From IMG/VR virus record IMGVR_UViG_3300036783_000226, positions 1 to 44,736 of that record: a DNA stretch of 44,736 nucleotides. One strand, 5' to 3'. Origin of the DNA: a virus. Its lineage: Duplodnaviria; Caudoviricetes. Below are positions 27,335-35,443 of the stretch, piece after piece (the stretch's first letter is position 1; each line of letters opens with the position of its first letter). Both the position numbers and the translations under genes were made by a program. The notes beneath the pieces are model-generated. The model was not told where the DNA came from, made no database searches, and saw only the letters and a list, made by a program, of their open reading frames with translations.

Positions 27335-27967
27335 TCACCTTTGACGACCTGGAGGAGGAGGAGGGCCCCGATGCCATCCCCGGCCAAGGCCAACCCGCTG
27401 CTCGGCCCGGTCACCTGCCAGGGCTGGACGGACCTGGTCCGGCTGCCCGACGGCACCCAGCGGATCATTTACACGCTGGTCACCCCGTCCCAGATCAGCT
27501 CGGTGTTCCTGGACGCCGACGGGGTGGATGACCAGATCAGGCTGCTGACCGAGGCGCGCGGCCAGCTCAGCAAGCTGGTGCTGCCGCCGGGGACCATCCC
27601 GCCCGGCCTCGCCCCGCCCAACGGCCACCCCGGCTAACCCGCCGAGGGCGAGCGGGCCGCCGCCGGGCTGCCAGTCGTCGCGGGCCAGCAGCGACGCCAG
27701 CGCCTCCCGGTAGGTCGCCGCGCGGACGACCACGAACTTGCGGAGCCCGGCGTGCAGCGTGTACGTCGCCGGGCCCAGCGGCGCGATCTGCGACCAGTCG
27801 TCCCAGACCGGCACAGTGGGGATCTGGGCCTCCAGCTCGGCCTCGGACAGCTCGGTGGACGCCCACAGCTCGACTCCCCCGCCCGCCACCCGCCCGCCGA
27901 GCAGCACGAAATCGGGCCGGGACGGGATCCCGTCCCGGCCGCGGTAACGCTCCACGCGCGGGTCCAC
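27335..27967 (-). CDS. Hypothetical protein; only the first ~110 codons look coding
   Basis: Natural-looking to ~27640, then runs antisense through the 27371-27637 gene. Confidence 0.5.
   Translation of the reverse strand: MDPRVERYRGRDGIPSRPDFVLLGGRVAGGGVELWASTELSEAELEAQIPTVPVWDDWSQIAPLGPATYTLHAGLRKFVVVRAATYREALASLLARDDWQPGGGPLALGGLAGVAVGRGEAGRDGPRRQHQLAELAARLGQQPDLVIHPVGVQEHRADLGRGDQRVNDPLGAVGQPDQVRPALAGDRAEQRVGLGRGWHRGPPPPPGRQR
27371..27637 (+). CDS. Hypothetical protein
   Basis: GGAGGAGG RBS; coding-like composition. Confidence 0.65.
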   Translation: MPSPAKANPLLGPVTCQGWTDLVRLPDGTQRIIYTLVTPSQISSVFLDADGVDDQIRLLTEARGQLSKLVLPPGTIPPGLAPPNGHPG

Positions 27968-27970
27968 CGG

Positions 27971-28162
27971 TCACCCGCCGCGCGGGGCGAACGCCACCGC
28001 CTCCAGCACGTCCGGCACCGGCCCGGCATCGACCCACGCCGGGCTGGCCAGGTCGAACGGCGTGCCCAGCGGCGCCACCATCAGCCGGCCGTTCACGACC
28101 GCCGCCAGCGCGAACACCGGCGGCCGGTAGAACACCGGCCGGGCCGGCGCGTCATCTGCCAC
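27971..28162 (-). CDS. Small hypothetical protein (leaderless)
   Basis: TAGGCT 7 nt before GTG. Confidence 0.55.
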   Translation of the reverse strand: MADDAPARPVFYRPPVFALAAVVNGRLMVAPLGTPFDLASPAWVDAGPVPDVLEAVAFAPRGG

Positions 28163-28447
28163 GGGCCCGAGCCTAGCCCGACGCGCACCCGGGCCGCCGG
28201 GTTGACGCCGGGCCCGGCCGGTAAGAACACCGTGACACGAGCCCGTTCACGCCCCGCCCGCCACTCGCGCCCGCTACCATCCCAGGTCATGAGCAGGAAC
28301 GCAGGCGCCGCAGTCCGCGGCGGCGCCACCCGACGCCACGCCCGCGTGCCTGTCCGTGCCGCTCCGCGCCCGGCACTGACCCGCCCACCCGACCGGCCGC
28401 AGTGGCCGCCGGGGGGCACCGGCGCGCATACGACCACGGCCCGGTAA

Positions 28448-28735
28448 GTGGGCCGCCCAGGACCGTCCACACGCGACCCGCTGTGGACGGTAGACGAGGC
28501 TGCCGCCTACTTCGCCGAAGGCGGCGTGCCGATCGAAGCCCGCCGCCTCAAGGGCATCATCCGGGCGCTCGGCTGGACCCCGGCCGGCTACACCCCGTCC
28601 GGCGAGCAAGGCGGCCGCGGCAAGGCCATGTACCTCATCTCCGACCTGATGCGCTTGCACGCCGCCATCGCGCCATTCATCGCCGCGCAAGGCCCCAAGT
28701 CCGGCTACAACCCCGAGACCGGCGGGCCGACGTGA
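28448..28735 (+). CDS. Small MerR-like/winged HTH DNA-binding protein
   Basis: LWTVDEAAAYF...RLKGIIRA...GRGKAMYLISDL. Confidence 0.7.
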   Translation: MGRPGPSTRDPLWTVDEAAAYFAEGGVPIEARRLKGIIRALGWTPAGYTPSGEQGGRGKAMYLISDLMRLHAAIAPFIAAQGPKSGYNPETGGPT

Positions 28736-28849
28736 CCTGCTGTTTTGAGAGGGGACGTTTGACCGGCCGCGCGGCGGGCAACCAAACAGGTTCATGTGAA
28801 TTTGCGTGTCTCACTAGCGCCGGGCCGGTTTCGTTTGCTTTACTGCGCC

Positions 28850-29180
28850 TTGGAGCCGTCTGCCCGGAAACCCCCCGACGGCGCGGCTCAACCCGGGGCC
28901 TACAGTCGCACGGCCTCCCCCCCAGGGCCGACGGCAAGCAGACCCTCGCGTGCGGAGCCCGGGACTGGCCTCGCAACCCACCGCCCGGCCCTGACTGGAA
29001 GACCGGGGCCGGCCATCCCGGGCCCGCACGCCCGGCCACCTGAACCCCCTACCGGCCCCGCCGGCCCGGGTTTCCTCGTCAAAGCCCGGCCGGGGCCAGC
29101 CCCACAATTTCAGGTGACCCAAACGGGCGAGGGTGGCACGGCGCGCACCTGACAGGTTTGGTGCGCGGCGTCACGCCGCC
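28850..29180 (+). ncRNA. Putative structured non-coding RNA / late leader (region A)
   Basis: No convincing ORF; nested stems 28942-28949/29127-29134, 28949-28970/29011-29030, 29037-29044/29109-29116, 29143-29149/29160-29166 with G.U pairs. Confidence 0.55.
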
Positions 29181-29413
29181 GAATAGCTGCCCGCTATGAA
29201 CCGCACCCTAACCCCGGCCGCCCCGCCGGCGCCACCCGAACCGGCAATTTCACCCGCCCAATGCGAAACCGCACCCCGCCCGGCGCGAACCGGCCCGCCG
29301 GTAACCCGGCCGCTGAACGCGCGCTGACGATACGCTGAGGGTTCCCTCCGGGGAGGGCCTGGCACCCCGGGCTGACATAGCCGTGCCTAGTGACCGGGCA
29401 CATAAGGGGCGGA

Positions 29414-30037
29414 ATGGCGTCGGAGCCGCACCCCGTAGCTCTGGCTGCGCTGCGCACCGACCTGCTCCCGGTCCTGGACGAGGCCCGCGCCGCCCTGGAC
29501 CGGCCCGACCTGGACGCCGCCCTGGACCGCCTCGGCGCCCTCGCCGCGCTCGCCACCCGCAGCCGGGTCGCGGTCGCCGCCGCAGCGACCGGCCAGGAGC
29601 TGCCGGCGGTCTCGCGGACGGCCCGCGCCGGCGCCGCCTACCTCGCCGCGCACGCCCGCGCCGGCGCCACCGTGGCCGCCTGCGCGGACGCCTGCGCGGT
29701 CACCCCCCGCGCCCTGCAAGCCGCCTTCCGCCGCCACCTCGGCACCACCCCGTCCGCGTACCTGCGGGCGGTGCGGCTGGACGGCGCCCGCGCCGAGCTC
29801 GCCGCCGCCGCCCCCGGCGAGACAACGGTCTGCGCGATCGCCGCCCGGTGGGGGTGGGCCGACCCGGACCGGTTCACCGCCGCCTACCGGGCCGCGCACG
29901 GCGAGACGCCCTCCGCCACGCTGCGCAGCCCAGCCGGGCAGGCCAGCACCGCCACCACGCCCACGCCAGGGCCCGCCGCGCGGCCCGGTCGCACTGCGGG
30001 CACGGCCCCGGCCGGCCGCACGGCACCTCGACCCTGA
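29414..30037 (+). CDS. AraC-family HTH protein lacking a typical sensor domain
   Basis: PRALQAAFRRHLGTTPSAYLRAVRLDGARAEL...TVCAIAARWG...RFTAAYRAAHGETPSATLR. Confidence 0.85.
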   Translation: MASEPHPVALAALRTDLLPVLDEARAALDRPDLDAALDRLGALAALATRSRVAVAAAATGQELPAVSRTARAGAAYLAAHARAGATVAACADACAVTPRALQAAFRRHLGTTPSAYLRAVRLDGARAELAAAAPGETTVCAIAARWGWADPDRFTAAYRAAHGETPSATLRSPAGQASTATTPTPGPAARPGRTAGTAPAGRTAPRP

Positions 30038-30039
30038 CC

Positions 30040-30800
30040 CCGGGCGGCCACGGCTCGTCGTCAGGCCACCCGGCTGGCGGCGCCGACCAGAACGTCACGA
30101 CGGGAGCGTACAACGCGCCCCCGCCGTGAGCCCTGGCGTGGCGGCTGGCGCGGTGCTGCCCGCTTTGCGCCGGCCGCCACCTGACGGCCGCAGAGCAGGC
30201 CCCGGCTGCGGCCGGGGGGAACGTGGGCGGCGGGGGCCGGGACGGTGGCGTGCGCGGACACCCACCCCGGCTCCCGCCGCCCGCATCATCACCCGGACGG
30301 GTCGCCGGCGCGGCCAGCGCTGTCCCGCCCTGCCCGTCACCCTTCCTCCGCCGGACTGGTTACCGGCGAACCCCAGGCTAGGCGCGGCCGACCGGCCGGG
30401 TCAGCACCGTACCAGGCAGGATGGGCGCCCGCCCGGCCGCCACAGTCCGGGCGGGGCTGGCACTGGCCGCACCCTCTCGCCCCGGTGGCTATAGGGGCGC
30501 GCTCTGAGGGCCGCGGCCGGCGTTGCCCACCCGTGAGCCTAAACCGGGAGGTGCCCCGTGCGCGACACCTGGACCCGGTGAGCGGAGGGCCGCCAGGCCA
30601 TGGCTGGTGGTCTTTCCGGCGTCAGCTCGATCCCGCAGTTGCCCCGGGTGCCGCGGCCCCGGGCCATGGCCTAGGAAAGCGGAGGGCTGCCACCAGGGTC
30701 ATTTCCGGCTGCCACCCCTGCTCGTCAGCCTGGGCCGCCGCGTCTACCCCGACTTCGGGCTCTCCTAGGAATCCCGGCCGGGCGCACCCTCCGCCCGCTA
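30040..30800 (+). ncRNA. Putative large structured non-coding RNA (region B)
   Basis: No convincing ORF; continuous hairpins including 14-bp (30138-30151/30167-30180) and 19-bp (30223-30241/30266-30284) stems whose only non-Watson-Crick positions are G.U. Confidence 0.65.
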
Positions 30801-30843
30801 CAAAACCTACAACTCCTACAACCGCGCAGGTAGGAGCACCGTC

Positions 30844-32580
30844 ATGCTGCTGGACGACGACTACCGGGAGCTGTTCGCGCGCCGGTACGAGCGCAAGGAA
30901 CGCAAGTGGGCCACGCCCGGCGACCTGGCCAAGGCGCTCGACCCGGCCGGCACCCACGACTCGCTGCCGCTCCAGGTGATCGACCGGGAGCTGGTCAAGC
31001 TCACCGACCACGCCGTCCCCGCCGACGCGCTAGCGATCTTCATGCCGCCGCAGGAAGGCAAGTCCCAGCGGGTGGCCCGCCGGTACCCGGAGTGGCTGCT
31101 GTCCCACGACCCCGCCCTGCGCATCGCCATCGTGTCGTATGAGATGGAGATGGCGACCCGGTGGGGGCGGCAGATCCTGCGCGACCTGCGGCACGCCGAC
31201 CGCCGGCTGCTCGACGTGACCGTGATGCCCGACTCCAGCGCGGCGGGCCGGTGGGACACGCCCGAAGGCGGCGGCTGCTACTGCGTCGGCATCGGCGGCG
31301 CCCTGACCGGCCGGCCGATCGACGTGCTCCTGGTGGACGACCCGGTGAAAGGCCGGGAAGAGGCCGAGTCCGAGACGTACCGGTCCAGGGCGTGGGACTG
31401 GTGGGAATCCGTCGCGGTGACCCGGCTCGCGCCCGGCGGCATCGTGGTGCTGATCCAGACCCGCTGGCACCAGGACGACCTGGCCGGCCGCATCTTGTCC
31501 CGGCCGTCGCCGCTGCGGTGGCGGGTACTGACCATGCCGGCGATCGCCGGCACGCGCGACCCGCTGTCCCGCCCGCCCGGCGGCGAGTTCCCCTCCGTGC
31601 GGGGCCGCGCGCCGGGGTACTTCACCCGGCTCAAGGCCACCATGACCCCGTACATCTTCGCCGGGCTGTACCAGCAGGACCCGGTGGCGGCGGCGGGCAA
31701 CTTCTTCCGCCGGGCCGCGTTCCGGTACTGGCGGGCCGTGCCCGGCCACCTGCCCCCGGACACCGCCCTAGCCGGCGGCCGGATCGCCGGCGCCTACGTC
31801 GAGTGCGAGGGCCAGCGGGTGGACCTGGCCGACTCCGGCGTGTGGCGGTTCGCCACTGTGGACGTCGCCGCCTCCACCGCCACCTCAGCGGACTGGACCG
31901 TCATCTCCGTGTGGGCGATCACCCGGGACGGGGCGCTGGTGCTGCTGGACCGGCGCCGGGGCCGGGCCGAGATGAGCGACCACTTCGCCATGGCCGCCCC
32001 GCTCCGGGCCCGGTGGCGGTACGACGTGCTGTACGTGCCGCGCGAGTGGTGGACTAAGACGCTGGTGCTGGACGCCCGCGAAGCCGGCGTGCCGGTGGCC
32101 GAGGTGACCACCGACGCGGACAAGGTGACCCGGGCGATACCCGCGGCCGGCCGGCTCCACGCCGGGAAGGTCTGGTGGCCGGCTGAGACGAGCGGCTGCA
32201 CCTGCGGCGAATGCGACGGCGCCTGGCTCGAGGAGTGGGAGAACGAGCTCGCCGCGTTCAACCGCGGCACGCACGACGACCAGGTGGACACGTTCAGCGC
32301 CGCCGCCCGCGTCGCCGCGGCACATTGGGTGGTTCCCGCCCCGCCGGGCCGGCCCGCGCCGCCGGAGCTGAGCCAGATTGAGGCCGCCTATGCTGCCGCT
32401 ACGGGTGACGGCAAGCAGGCCGACATGATGTCCCGGCCGCTGGGGTTATGCGGCGTCGGGGTGTCCTGGCCAGCCCCGCTCGTACCCGGTCACGAACCAC
32501 GCAAGCTCGGCCTGCGCCCGGCGGGTGCGCGGGTCACGCTCACCGAAGTGCCGGACGGCCTCGGCGTGCATATCGACTAG
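30844..32580 (+). CDS. terL: Terminase large subunit
   Basis: Walker A MPPQEGKS, Walker B LLVDDP, IQTRWHQDDLAG, YQQDP, nuclease VDVA...DWT, DKVTRA, HDDQVD. Confidence 0.93.
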   Translation: MLLDDDYRELFARRYERKERKWATPGDLAKALDPAGTHDSLPLQVIDRELVKLTDHAVPADALAIFMPPQEGKSQRVARRYPEWLLSHDPALRIAIVSYEMEMATRWGRQILRDLRHADRRLLDVTVMPDSSAAGRWDTPEGGGCYCVGIGGALTGRPIDVLLVDDPVKGREEAESETYRSRAWDWWESVAVTRLAPGGIVVLIQTRWHQDDLAGRILSRPSPLRWRVLTMPAIAGTRDPLSRPPGGEFPSVRGRAPGYFTRLKATMTPYIFAGLYQQDPVAAAGNFFRRAAFRYWRAVPGHLPPDTALAGGRIAGAYVECEGQRVDLADSGVWRFATVDVAASTATSADWTVISVWAITRDGALVLLDRRRGRAEMSDHFAMAAPLRARWRYDVLYVPREWWTKTLVLDAREAGVPVAEVTTDADKVTRAIPAAGRLHAGKVWWPAETSGCTCGECDGAWLEEWENELAAFNRGTHDDQVDTFSAAARVAAAHWVVPAPPGRPAPPELSQIEAAYAAATGDGKQADMMSRPLGLCGVGVSWPAPLVPGHEPRKLGLRPAGARVTLTEVPDGLGVHID

Positions 32581-32895
32581 CAGCCGCAGGTTCGGCCGGT
32601 ACAGGTCGGAGTCCTCGATCCGCCAAGCCGCGTAACGTCGCTGCACCAGCGCCAGGGTGCGCAGGCTACCCGACCGCCAGTTGACCGTTGTGGCACCCCA
32701 CGGGCCGCCCGGAAGGTCCACGGGTGTCGGCGCGCTGTAGATGATCTCCCACATGTGCCGGGGCACGATGAGCCGGAACACCACCCACGCTCGGCCGTGC
32801 GGCAGGTCCCGCCAATCCCCGGCCTCGGGCAGCAGGTCAGTCAGATCGAACAGGTGAGGCTGGTACCACTGCATCGTCGGTGGCTGAGCAGTCAT
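32446..32895 (-). CDS. Hypothetical protein overlapping the 3' end of terL
   Basis: GAGAGG RBS; lower GC; 135-nt convergent overlap. Confidence 0.6.
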   Translation of the reverse strand: MTAQPPTMQWYQPHLFDLTDLLPEAGDWRDLPHGRAWVVFRLIVPRHMWEIIYSAPTPVDLPGGPWGATTVNWRSGSLRTLALVQRRYAAWRIEDSDLYRPNLRLLVDMHAEAVRHFGERDPRTRRAQAELAWFVTGYERGWPGHPDAA

Positions 32896-33168
32896 CGGAA
32901 ACACCTCTCTCTGAGCGGGAGGGTGCGGGCGCGGTCGCACTCTAGGAACGACGCGCCAGAACGCTGCGGCTAGGGAAACTTCCTGGACCTGGCGTCGGTG
33001 CCGGTTTAATAGCCGACAGCTTGCCGCAGGGGGATAGGTGGTAAAGAATGGACCCTGTGAGGCTGGACTGTCAAGAGATGGTCGGCAGATTGAACTTGGC
33101 GAAGGGCCCTGAGCGGGCCGGCGCGGCGCGGCGCCGGTTTGCACCGGGTACGGGTATGGTCTGTGGCC

Positions 33169-33645
33169 ATGCCAAGCGGTGTGTATGACCGGGCAACCTC
33201 AGCCTGGCAACCTAAGCCCCTCAAGCAGTACCCGCCTGAGCTAGTCGCCCTGGTGCGCGAGCTGTACGAGGGCAAGGGCCACTCGATGCGTGAGACCGCG
33301 CAGCTCGCCGGTATCACGTTGAAGGTGCTGGACCGGCTGATGCGCCGTCACGGCATCACCGCCCGGCGTGCAGTCCGGCGCAACCAAGACGGGTCCGCCA
33401 ACCCGTCCTGGCGCGGCGACGCTGCCGCCTACAGCTCGATGCACCAGCGCGTGGAGGCCGTGCGGGGCAAGCCGAAGCGGTGCTCCTGCTGCGACACGAC
33501 TGACCCGGCCCAGCGGTACGAGTGGGCTAACCTGACCGGCCATTATGAGGATCCGCGCGATTACGTGCGGCTGTGCCAGCGCTGCCACTGGCTGCTCGAT
33601 CGCCGCCGCCGTACCGCGCTCGGCCGCAACACGACGCCGGGGTGA
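33169..33645 (+). CDS. HTH plus HNH-like (beta-beta-alpha-metal) protein
   Basis: NPSWRGD...H..V...CSCC...YEWAN...LCQRCH; TATGGT 8 nt before ATG. Confidence 0.7.
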   Translation: MPSGVYDRATSAWQPKPLKQYPPELVALVRELYEGKGHSMRETAQLAGITLKVLDRLMRRHGITARRAVRRNQDGSANPSWRGDAAAYSSMHQRVEAVRGKPKRCSCCDTTDPAQRYEWANLTGHYEDPRDYVRLCQRCHWLLDRRRRTALGRNTTPG

Positions 33646-33652
33646 TGCCCTG

Positions 33653-34531
33653 ATGGCCCGACGTGCCGGTTCCCTGTGCACTGGCACGGGCGGCCTCGAC
33701 CTGGCCGCCGCCGCCGTGCTCGACACGGAGCTGGCGTGGGTGGCAGACCCGTCCCCGGGCCCGGCTGCCATCTGCGCCCACCACTGGCCCGCCGTGCCCA
33801 ACCTAGGGGACATCCGCGCCGTGGACTGGGCGCGGGTGCCCCCGGTGGAGGTGCTGTGCGCCGGGTGGCCGTGCGAACCCGCCTCCCAGGCCGGGCGGCA
33901 GAAGGGTATCCGTGATGACCGGTGGCTCTGGGGGCGCGTCGCCGCTGCGTGCCGCGACCTTCACCCACGGCCCCGGCTGCTCGTGCTCGAAAATGTCCCC
34001 CGGCTGCTATCTGTCAGCGCTGGTGCCGCGTTCACCCAGGTCATCTGTGACCTGGCCGCGCTGGGGTATGTGGGACGCTATGGGGTTTTCCGCGCTTCCG
34101 ATGCCGGTGTCCCTCACCGCCGCGAGCGAGTGTTCGTCGTCGCCCGAGATGGTGCTGCTGCCGACACCGGAAACGGGCACCTCCCCGAACGGGCACGGGG
34201 AGCGGGGCGGCCGCGGCGCGAACGGCCACCAGTCCGGCCAGGGCCTGCGGGCGATCGCGCGGGCGGTGCAGGCGAGGTCTACTGGGGCAAGTACGGGCGG
34301 GCCGTCCGCCGCTGGGAAGCCATCAGCGGCATCCCCGCCCCCCGGCCGTGGGAACACGACGAGCAGGGCCGGGTCGTGACGAGCCCGGCGTTCACCGAGT
34401 GGATGATGGGCCTGCCGCCGGGGTGGGTGACCGGCGTGCCGGGCCTGACCCGCTCCGCGCAGGTTGAGGCGATCGGCCGGGCCGTCGTCCCGCCCGCCGC
34501 CGAGCTGGCCATCACCTACCTGGCCCGCTGA
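33653..34531 (+). CDS. DNA (cytosine-5)-methyltransferase family protein
   Basis: Motif I SLCTGTGG, IV GWPC, VI ENV, VIII PHRRERVF, IX EWMMGLP, X IGRAVVP. Confidence 0.9.
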   Translation: MARRAGSLCTGTGGLDLAAAAVLDTELAWVADPSPGPAAICAHHWPAVPNLGDIRAVDWARVPPVEVLCAGWPCEPASQAGRQKGIRDDRWLWGRVAAACRDLHPRPRLLVLENVPRLLSVSAGAAFTQVICDLAALGYVGRYGVFRASDAGVPHRRERVFVVARDGAAADTGNGHLPERARGAGRPRRERPPVRPGPAGDRAGGAGEVYWGKYGRAVRRWEAISGIPAPRPWEHDEQGRVVTSPAFTEWMMGLPPGWVTGVPGLTRSAQVEAIGRAVVPPAAELAITYLAR

Positions 34532-34686
34532 GCCGCGTCGCACGGCGCGCACAGCGGCACCTGCACGAACCCGAGCCGCGCCGTCCACAGCGTGATCACG
34601 GTCACCGCGTTGGTCGCCTGGCAGATGCCCGTGGCCTCCGGGTGGGCCGTGGCGCACAAGCAGTGGCACGGCCGGTACTGATCCAC
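34516..34686 (-). CDS. 56-aa Cys-rich microprotein (not in ORF track)
   Basis: Hand translation MDQYRPCHCLCATAHPEATGIC...VPLCAPC; TATCCT 8 nt before GTG; paralogue at 35197. Confidence 0.65.
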   Translation of the reverse strand: MDQYRPCHCLCATAHPEATGICQATNAVTVITLWTARLGFVQVPLCAPCDAAQRAR

Positions 34687-34705
34687 GCTGGGGGAGGATA
34701 CGCCG

Positions 34706-34978
34706 GTGGCAATGGCCGGGGCGGAGCGGGCGTGCTGCGGGCACTGCGGCCGGGCGCTGACCCCGTGCGAGTGGTGCGGGCTGGCCGGGCTGCTGATCCG
34801 GGGCCTGCTGGCGTACCCGGTGACCCGCGCGCCGGGCTGGCCGGGCCCCTACCACGAGCCGTGCCGGGACGCGGAGGCCGCCGCGCTGGCGCGGACTCGG
34901 CACGCACCCGCCTGGACCCCGCCGCGACCGCCCCGCCGCCGCCGGGGCCGCCACTCCTACGCAGGAAGGCAAGCCTGA
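34706..34978 (+). CDS. Small Cys-rich protein
   Basis: CGHC, CEWC, HEPC; TGATG coupling; start uncertain. Confidence 0.5.
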   Translation: MAMAGAERACCGHCGRALTPCEWCGLAGLLIRGLLAYPVTRAPGWPGPYHEPCRDAEAAALARTRHAPAWTPPRPPRRRRGRHSYAGRQA

Positions 34979-35178
34979 TGACCGCACCCGCCCGCGAGAC
35001 CGTCTACGTCACCCGGTCCCCGTTCTGGCTGCCCCGCCTGCTGTTCCTGATCGCCGCGGTGTGCGCGTTCATCGCCGCATTCGAGTTCTCCGGCGTCCTG
35101 CACGGCGGCCTGCCGATGGGCTGGGCCTGGCTAGCCGGCGCCGCGTCCGCGTTCGCGCTGGCCTGGGCCGTGCCCTAG
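34978..35178 (+). CDS. Small 2-TM membrane protein
   Basis: AGGAAGG RBS; two hydrophobic helices. Confidence 0.7.
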   Translation: MTAPARETVYVTRSPFWLPRLLFLIAAVCAFIAAFEFSGVLHGGLPMGWAWLAGAASAFALAWAVP

Positions 35179-35196
35179 CCGCAACCTAGGAAGCAG

Positions 35197-35361
35197 CTAG
35201 GCGAGTCCTTTGGGAGCGGTGAGCTGGGCCCGGACGCACGGGTAGCAGACCGGGATGTCCAGCCCGTGCACCGGCACCGTGGCCTCAGCCCACCCGGTGC
35301 ACACCCCCGCTGCGGCGGGGTGCGCGGCGGCGCACAGGCAGCAGCACGGCCGCGGGGTCAT
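35197..35361 (-). CDS. Cys-rich microprotein (may start at 35454)
   Basis: RPCCCLCAAAHPAAAGVC...IPVCYPC, similar to 34516-34686. Confidence 0.6.
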   Translation of the reverse strand: MTPRPCCCLCAAAHPAAAGVCTGWAEATVPVHGLDIPVCYPCVRAQLTAPKGLA

Positions 35362-35443
35362 GATCCGCCGCACGCAGGCCCGGCACGGCTCACGCCACGC
35401 CAGCCGGCCGCACCACGAGCACCGCCACCCGTCAAGGAGGGCC

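Noticed and set aside
30351-30450. Resemblance to SRP RNA (GAACCCCAGG) and a T-loop-like GCTCGATCC at ~30625
   Set aside because: SRP domain IV loop and tRNA cloverleaf/CCA could not be built
30245-30979. ORFs across the structured region (30126-30494, 30245-30979, 30523-30768; also 28796-29152)
   Set aside because: No RBS, no GC3 periodicity by eye, no motifs; region better explained by RNA structure
34978-35178. Holin call for the 2-TM protein
   Set aside because: No endolysin nearby; topology alone is insufficient
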